This document shows, piece by piece, positions 50,087 to 54,575 of a DNA stretch of 54,575 nucleotides. This DNA is from Nitrosovibrio sp. Nv4 (GTDB lineage: Bacteria > Pseudomonadota > Gammaproteobacteria > Burkholderiales > Nitrosomonadaceae). Within the stretch, counting starts at the first letter, position 1. Each line of letters starts with the position of its first letter. Position numbers and translations under genes: made by a program. The notes beneath the pieces were generated by a model. The model searched no databases and had not been told where the DNA came from. It worked only from the letters and a program-made list of their open reading frames with translations. Where the stretch lies: positions 1 through 54,575 of the forward strand of contig CAMDAX010000001.1 in NCBI GenBank assembly GCA_945888885.1, given 5' to 3'.

Positions 50087-50773
50087 TTAAGGCAGTTTGC
50101 CCCCGGTTTTATTCCCCTTTAACCGGGGGCTTTTTATTTCAGTCTTTGATGTCGGATTGGGTTCCTGAGTCAAAGTTGTATTCAATTCAAGCCAACCTCC
50201 AAGCACAGCAGAAGCCTCTTCGACACCTTCTTTTGCCATACTGGAAAACAGTTGTGCGCTGCACTGTGGATAGCTTTCCCGTAAAAAATCCTGTACGTCC
50301 GCAAGTGTTTTTCTACCCTGCTGCCGAGTGAGCTTATCTGCCTTAGTAAGTATCACATGCACCGATTTTCCAGTTGGCGCGAACCAGTTTAGCATTCGCC
50401 GATCAAGCGGGGTTAAAGGATGACGCACGTCCATGATAAGTACCATGCCGTGAAGCGGCTCACGGGTTTGCAGATAGGTGCTGAGCAGATGTTCCCAATG
50501 CAGGCGAATTTCCAGCGGCACCTTGGCGTAACCGTAACCAGGAAGGTCAACCAGAAAACGATCATTTCCCAGTTGAAAAAAATTGATATGCTGAGTACGG
50601 CCTGGTGTTTTGCTGACGAAGGCGAGACGGCCACGATTAGCAAGAGTGTTGATAACACTTGATTTTCCTGCATTAGAACGTCCGGCAAAAGCGATTTCCA
50701 CTCCTCCCGGTAGCGGTAAATCCCGCAGGTGGTTGACCGTGGTGTAAAAAGTCGCGTGCTGAAAAAGAGACAT
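50087..50773 (-). CDS. engB: Ribosome-biogenesis GTPase EngB/YihA
   Basis: 228 aa with [14 protein letters not shown] (G1), DLPGYG (G3) and TKADK (G4). It carries a Lys-rich ~25-aa C-terminal tail. Confidence 0.9.
   Translation of the reverse strand: MSLFQHATFYTTVNHLRDLPLPGGVEIAFAGRSNAGKSSVINTLANRGRLAFVSKTPGRTQHINFFQLGNDRFLVDLPGYGYAKVPLEIRLHWEHLLSTYLQTREPLHGMVLIMDVRHPLTPLDRRMLNWFAPTGKSVHVILTKADKLTRQQGRKTLADVQDFLRESYPQCSAQLFSSMAKEGVEEASAVLGGWLELNTTLTQEPNPTSKTEIKSPRLKGNKTGGKLP
50099..50139 (+). terminator. Strong GC hairpin plus T-tract on the plus strand, embedded in the last codons of minus-strand engB
   Basis: gcccccggtt-(12 nt)-aaccgggggc followed by tttttattt. No plus-strand gene lies upstream. 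Confidence 0.4.
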
Positions 50774-50847
50774 GAATTTCCGAATTAGACGTAGTGGAAC
50801 TGGAAAATTAATTGTTAGCTGTGTGGAAAGTATTTTCTGATTTTGAC

Positions 50848-51597
50848 TTACGGTAACGCCCTTGTGGTTTCTTCCGCAATAGCTACCAAACCTTCCAGCA
50901 CCAGATTATCTGCCATTCTAGCGGGAATATTAAGCCGCGCCAGCAACAGCGGTGCCGTACCGCCGCTAACGATGCAGTCAGGTACGTGACCCAAGGTGGC
51001 GGTGAGCTGCATAGCCATGCGTTCCACTGCGCCGGCCATCGCTTGCACCGCACCACTGTAGATAGCATCAGCGGTGCTATCCGGATAATCACAAAATTCT
51101 CCTTTTTCAAGTTTCAACGATGCAGTGTTTGTCGTCAACGTTTTCTGCGTCAATTCAAGACCGGGAACGATGATACCGCCAAGAAATTCGCCTGTATCGG
51201 ACAGCGCATCCACTGTCATGGCGGTACCGGCACTCACCACCAGGCATCCCTGTCGTTGCAACCTCCATGCCGCAACCAGCGCCGCCCAGCGATCGCTGCC
51301 GAGCTGCACCGGATCGGCATAGTAGTTGCGTACCCCGCACTGATATGCGCTGGCAACCGCCCATTGCGGCTCCGTTTCCCAACGGGAAAAAAATAATCCG
51401 GATAATTCCGTCTTCGTTTGCATGCCCGCCACGTTGGAAACCATAATACATGACGGTTCTGGCAGATCTTGCCATTCCCGCTCCAGCGCCGCTCTGCTGC
51501 TTTGCGCCACCACCCCCTGTTTTAGCCAGCCGCACCCATCATGCAACCCCCACTTGATACGGGTGTTGCCGGAGTCAACAGCCAGCAAATAGGTCAT
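50848..51597 (-). CDS. coaX: Type III pantothenate kinase
   Basis: [15 protein letters not shown] signature. The ATG at 51597 lies 1 nt after the birA stop. Confidence 0.9.
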   Translation of the reverse strand: MTYLLAVDSGNTRIKWGLHDGCGWLKQGVVAQSSRAALEREWQDLPEPSCIMVSNVAGMQTKTELSGLFFSRWETEPQWAVASAYQCGVRNYYADPVQLGSDRWAALVAAWRLQRQGCLVVSAGTAMTVDALSDTGEFLGGIIVPGLELTQKTLTTNTASLKLEKGEFCDYPDSTADAIYSGAVQAMAGAVERMAMQLTATLGHVPDCIVSGGTAPLLLARLNIPARMADNLVLEGLVAIAEETTRALP

Positions 51598-51598
51598 A

Positions 51599-52588
51599 TC
51601 ATGCCACCCTGCGTAGCGTGATTTCACCACCGCTGTAACTACGATCACCTGCCGGAGTTTGCAATAGCAGCAAACCATCCATCCCCACGCCATGCACTAC
51701 ACCTTCCTGGCTTGAGCCATCGGGCAGGTGCAAAGTAACGCATTTATTCTCGAAACCGTGATAATGCACCCACTCATCTCTAAAAGGTGCAAAACCTTGG
51801 CATTCAAACTCTCTCAGCACCGTCACCAATTCGATCAGCAGTGCAGCCAGCAGCTTGTTACGGTCAGGTATTTCACCAGTAATGGAAAACAAGTCTGTCG
51901 CGCCCTGATTTATATGAGCTCTTATGCAGTCCGACTGCTTCAAGTTCATCCCAATACCAATTACAGCAACAGTGGGGCCAAGCATATCTCCTTGCAATTC
52001 TATCAGGATGCCCGCCAGTTTGCGGTAGTGGAACAATACATCGTTAGGCCATTTAAGCACCGCACCTCTGATCCCGGATGATTGCAGCACACGTATGATG
52101 GCTACCCCCACTGCCAGGCTCAAACCCGACAAGAGGTTTGCACCCTGCTGAAAACGCCACAGCAGAGAAAAAGTAAGACCATCGCCCAGACCAGAGTGCC
52201 ATTTCCGTCCGCGCCGCCCGCGTCCGCCAGTTTGCAGTTCAGTCACCACAACATGTACGGTGCCGCTACCAGAACTCATTTCCATTGCAGCCTTTTGCAA
52301 CAACAAGCTGTTAGTTGATTCGACCGTATCCAAAATTTCGAGACGAAAAATTTTTGTTTCCTTGTCGAGGTGCTTCAGGATCATCTCCCGTTCCAGCCAT
52401 TGCACCGGATCAGGCAGGCGATAACCACGGCCATGAATCTTATGCACCACCAACCCCACTTCATCCAAACCACGCAACGCATTGGACACACTGGCACGCG
52501 ACACACCAAGATTTCTGGCGATGGTCACACCGGAATGGAATTCGCCATCATTCAGCAAACGGAGAACGGAGAAAGTGAGGGGCTTCAC
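51599..52588 (-). CDS. birA: Bifunctional biotin-[acetyl-CoA-carboxylase] ligase / biotin operon repressor
   Basis: 329 aa with an N-terminal HTH (GVTIARNLGVSRASVSNALRGL) and the ligase motif GRGRRGRKW. GTG start. Confidence 0.9.
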   Translation of the reverse strand: MKPLTFSVLRLLNDGEFHSGVTIARNLGVSRASVSNALRGLDEVGLVVHKIHGRGYRLPDPVQWLEREMILKHLDKETKIFRLEILDTVESTNSLLLQKAAMEMSSGSGTVHVVVTELQTGGRGRRGRKWHSGLGDGLTFSLLWRFQQGANLLSGLSLAVGVAIIRVLQSSGIRGAVLKWPNDVLFHYRKLAGILIELQGDMLGPTVAVIGIGMNLKQSDCIRAHINQGATDLFSITGEIPDRNKLLAALLIELVTVLREFECQGFAPFRDEWVHYHGFENKCVTLHLPDGSSQEGVVHGVGMDGLLLLQTPAGDRSYSGGEITLRRVA

Positions 52589-52682
52589 AGTGAATTATCG
52601 GCAAGTGTCGAAATTATGAGGGCAACTATTCCAATATAGACTCTTATTCGCACTGAATCTGAATGGTTGGTTATTATATAAT

Positions 52683-54431
52683 GTGCTCTGCCATGCATGG
52701 CGAATTACCTCACGAGAAACCAACTTGAAAGATACACCTGTAATCACGCAGCCCATCGCCCCAATTGCGCCTGTTACCAATTTCATTCGCAACATCATCG
52801 ACGAGGATAATCGCACCGGTAAATGGGGCGGGCGCGTTGAAACCCGGTTTCCGCCTGAGCCAAACGGCTACTTGCACATCGGCCATGCCAAAAGCATCTG
52901 CCTCAATTTCGGTCTTGCTCATGATTACGGTGGCGTATGCCATCTACGTTTTGACGACACCAATCCGGAAAAAGAAGAACAGGAATACGTCGATGCGATA
53001 CTTGAATCAGTTAAATGGCTCGGCTTCGACTGGGGGCAGAGCCTTCATTATGCTTCCGACTATTTTGATAAATTATTTGCATTTGCTGAATACCTTATCA
53101 ACCGGGGTCAGGCGTATGTGGACAGTCTCACCGCTGAGGAAATCCGCGCGCTACGCGGCACCCTGACCGAAGCTGGCGAGAATAGTTCGTACCGTGAACG
53201 CAGCATTGCAGAAAATCTGGACCTGTTTCGCCGCATGAAGACGGGAGAGTTCGCTGATGGCACACACGTGCTGCGCGCCAAAATCGACATGTCTTCTCCC
53301 AATATTAACTTGCGTGATCCGATCATCTACCGCATTCGCCGAGCTCATCATCACCGCACTGGTGACAAATGGTGTATCTACCCGATGTACGATTACACCC
53401 ACTGCATTTCCGATGCGCTGGAAAACATTACCCACTCCATTTGTACGCTGGAATTTGAGGATCATCGCCCACTTTACGATTGGGTGCTGAATCAACTGCA
53501 GGATGTGGTTCCCTGCCATCCACAGCAAATCGAGTTTGCCCGATTGAATCTCACCTACACAGTGACGAGCAAACGCAAGCTGATGGAGTTGGTGGAGGGT
53601 GGCTTCGTGGATGACTGGGATGATCCGCGCATGAGCACTCTGGTGGGAGTACGCCGCCGTGGCTATACACCCGAGTCTATCCGCCTGTTCGCCGAGCGCA
53701 TCGGGGTTAGCAAAGCCGATTCATGGATAGACATGAGCGTAATGGAAGACTGTTTGCGCCAGGATCTGAACGAACGCGCCCCGCGCCGCATTGCCGTATT
53801 GAAGCCGCTGAAACTCATCATCGATAATTACCCGGAAGATGACGAGGAAGAATGTTTCGCTCCTAATCATCCGCAAAAACCTGAATGGGGAAAGCGTGTC
53901 GTACTGCTATCAAAAGTCATCTACATCGAACGCGATGATTTCATGGAAACACCTGCCAAAGGTTACTTCCGTCTTTCACCGGGAGCGGAAGTCCGCTTGC
54001 GGTATGCCTACATTGTGAAGTGCGTTAATGTAATGAAAAATGCTAACGGTGAGATCGAGGAAATTCACTGCACTTATGACCCGGACACTAAAAGCGGCAC
54101 TGCAGGCTCGGAAACACGTAAGGTCAAGGGCAATATCCACTGGCTCTCGGCCAGACATGCGCACTTGGGCGAGGTGCGACTATTCGATCGGTTGTTTGCC
54201 GACCCCCATCCCGATGCGGGTGGCAAGGACTACAAGACGTTCCTCAATCCGCACTCGAAGGAAGTCATTGCTGCTTATCTGGAGCCTGTGCTCAGTGAAG
54301 TCCAGCCGGAGGAATTTTTCCAGTTTGAGCGCCATGGTTATTTTATCGCCGACCGTGTGGATGCAACACCGGGCAGGCCCGTGTTCAATCGTACAGTGAC
54401 ATTGCGTGACTCGTGGGGGAAAAGTGCTTAG
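52683..54431 (+). CDS. glnS: Glutamine--tRNA ligase
   Basis: [25 protein letters not shown] (HIGH) and VTSKRKL (the KMSKS equivalent). The exact start is uncertain: GTG 52683 or a downstream TTG. Confidence 0.93.
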   Translation: MLCHAWRITSRETNLKDTPVITQPIAPIAPVTNFIRNIIDEDNRTGKWGGRVETRFPPEPNGYLHIGHAKSICLNFGLAHDYGGVCHLRFDDTNPEKEEQEYVDAILESVKWLGFDWGQSLHYASDYFDKLFAFAEYLINRGQAYVDSLTAEEIRALRGTLTEAGENSSYRERSIAENLDLFRRMKTGEFADGTHVLRAKIDMSSPNINLRDPIIYRIRRAHHHRTGDKWCIYPMYDYTHCISDALENITHSICTLEFEDHRPLYDWVLNQLQDVVPCHPQQIEFARLNLTYTVTSKRKLMELVEGGFVDDWDDPRMSTLVGVRRRGYTPESIRLFAERIGVSKADSWIDMSVMEDCLRQDLNERAPRRIAVLKPLKLIIDNYPEDDEEECFAPNHPQKPEWGKRVVLLSKVIYIERDDFMETPAKGYFRLSPGAEVRLRYAYIVKCVNVMKNANGEIEEIHCTYDPDTKSGTAGSETRKVKGNIHWLSARHAHLGEVRLFDRLFADPHPDAGGKDYKTFLNPHSKEVIAAYLEPVLSEVQPEEFFQFERHGYFIADRVDATPGRPVFNRTVTLRDSWGKSA

Positions 54432-54500
54432 GGAAACACCGATTAAATGAGTTTTTAGCCATGGATGCAAGTTTGAATGAGCTCTCAGATTTAATTTATG

Positions 54501-54551
54501 CGAGCAAGCCATTTGTTCTTAATCAACCGTGCCGCTTGGCTCGGTTTTTTT
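54501..54551 (+). terminator. Candidate intrinsic terminator downstream of glnS
   Basis: cgagcaagc ... gcttggctcg forms a 9-bp stem with one bulge and a 24-nt loop, followed by gttttttt. Confidence 0.45.
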
Positions 54552-54575
54552 CCTTTCCATCTATTTTCGGGGGCC

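Overview
This is a 54.6-kb chromosomal window with about 45 protein-coding genes. I recognised no rRNA, tRNA, CRISPR array, transposase or integrase. All calls come from reading motifs in the supplied translations and the raw sequence; no database search was run.

Gene content, left to right:
- (1) A BigR/ArsR-type sulfide-stress locus: regulator, two half-size YeeE/YedE permeases, and a divergent MBL-fold persulfide-dioxygenase-like gene.
- (2) A roughly 14-kb glycogen cluster: two GH57 enzymes, glgC, glgB, a thiolase, pgi, glgA and glgP.
- (3) Housekeeping genes orn, an M48 peptidase, phhB and rsgA.
- (4) The most unusual region, 21.6-36.4 kb, entirely on the minus strand. In transcription order it holds an OmpR-type two-component system, a STAS-less SulP-like permease and a universal stress protein. 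These are followed by a tightly packed five-gene operon in which a 1094-aa DUF2309/DabA carbonic-anhydrase-like protein sits among four complex-I antiporter-like (NuoL/M/N, PF00361-type) subunits. Last comes a separate 352-aa protein with a complete beta-carbonic-anhydrase zinc-site signature and an unassignable C-terminal half.
- (5) hemE, dgt, aroB, aroK, pilQPONM, mrcA, hemB, engB, coaX, birA and glnS.

Region 4 looks like an expanded, multi-subunit relative of the two-component DAB/MpsAB inorganic-carbon pump and is the best candidate for an undescribed system.

Other points worth a second look: a ~90-nt repeat present twice in direct orientation, a perfect 16-4-16 palindrome upstream of mrcA inside an 830-bp gene-free spacer, and a stack of hairpins at the engB/hemB junction.

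The pilMNOPQ-aroK-aroB order, the divergent orn/rsgA neighbourhood and the carbon-uptake genes suggest a beta- or gammaproteobacterial autotroph. That assignment is inference only.
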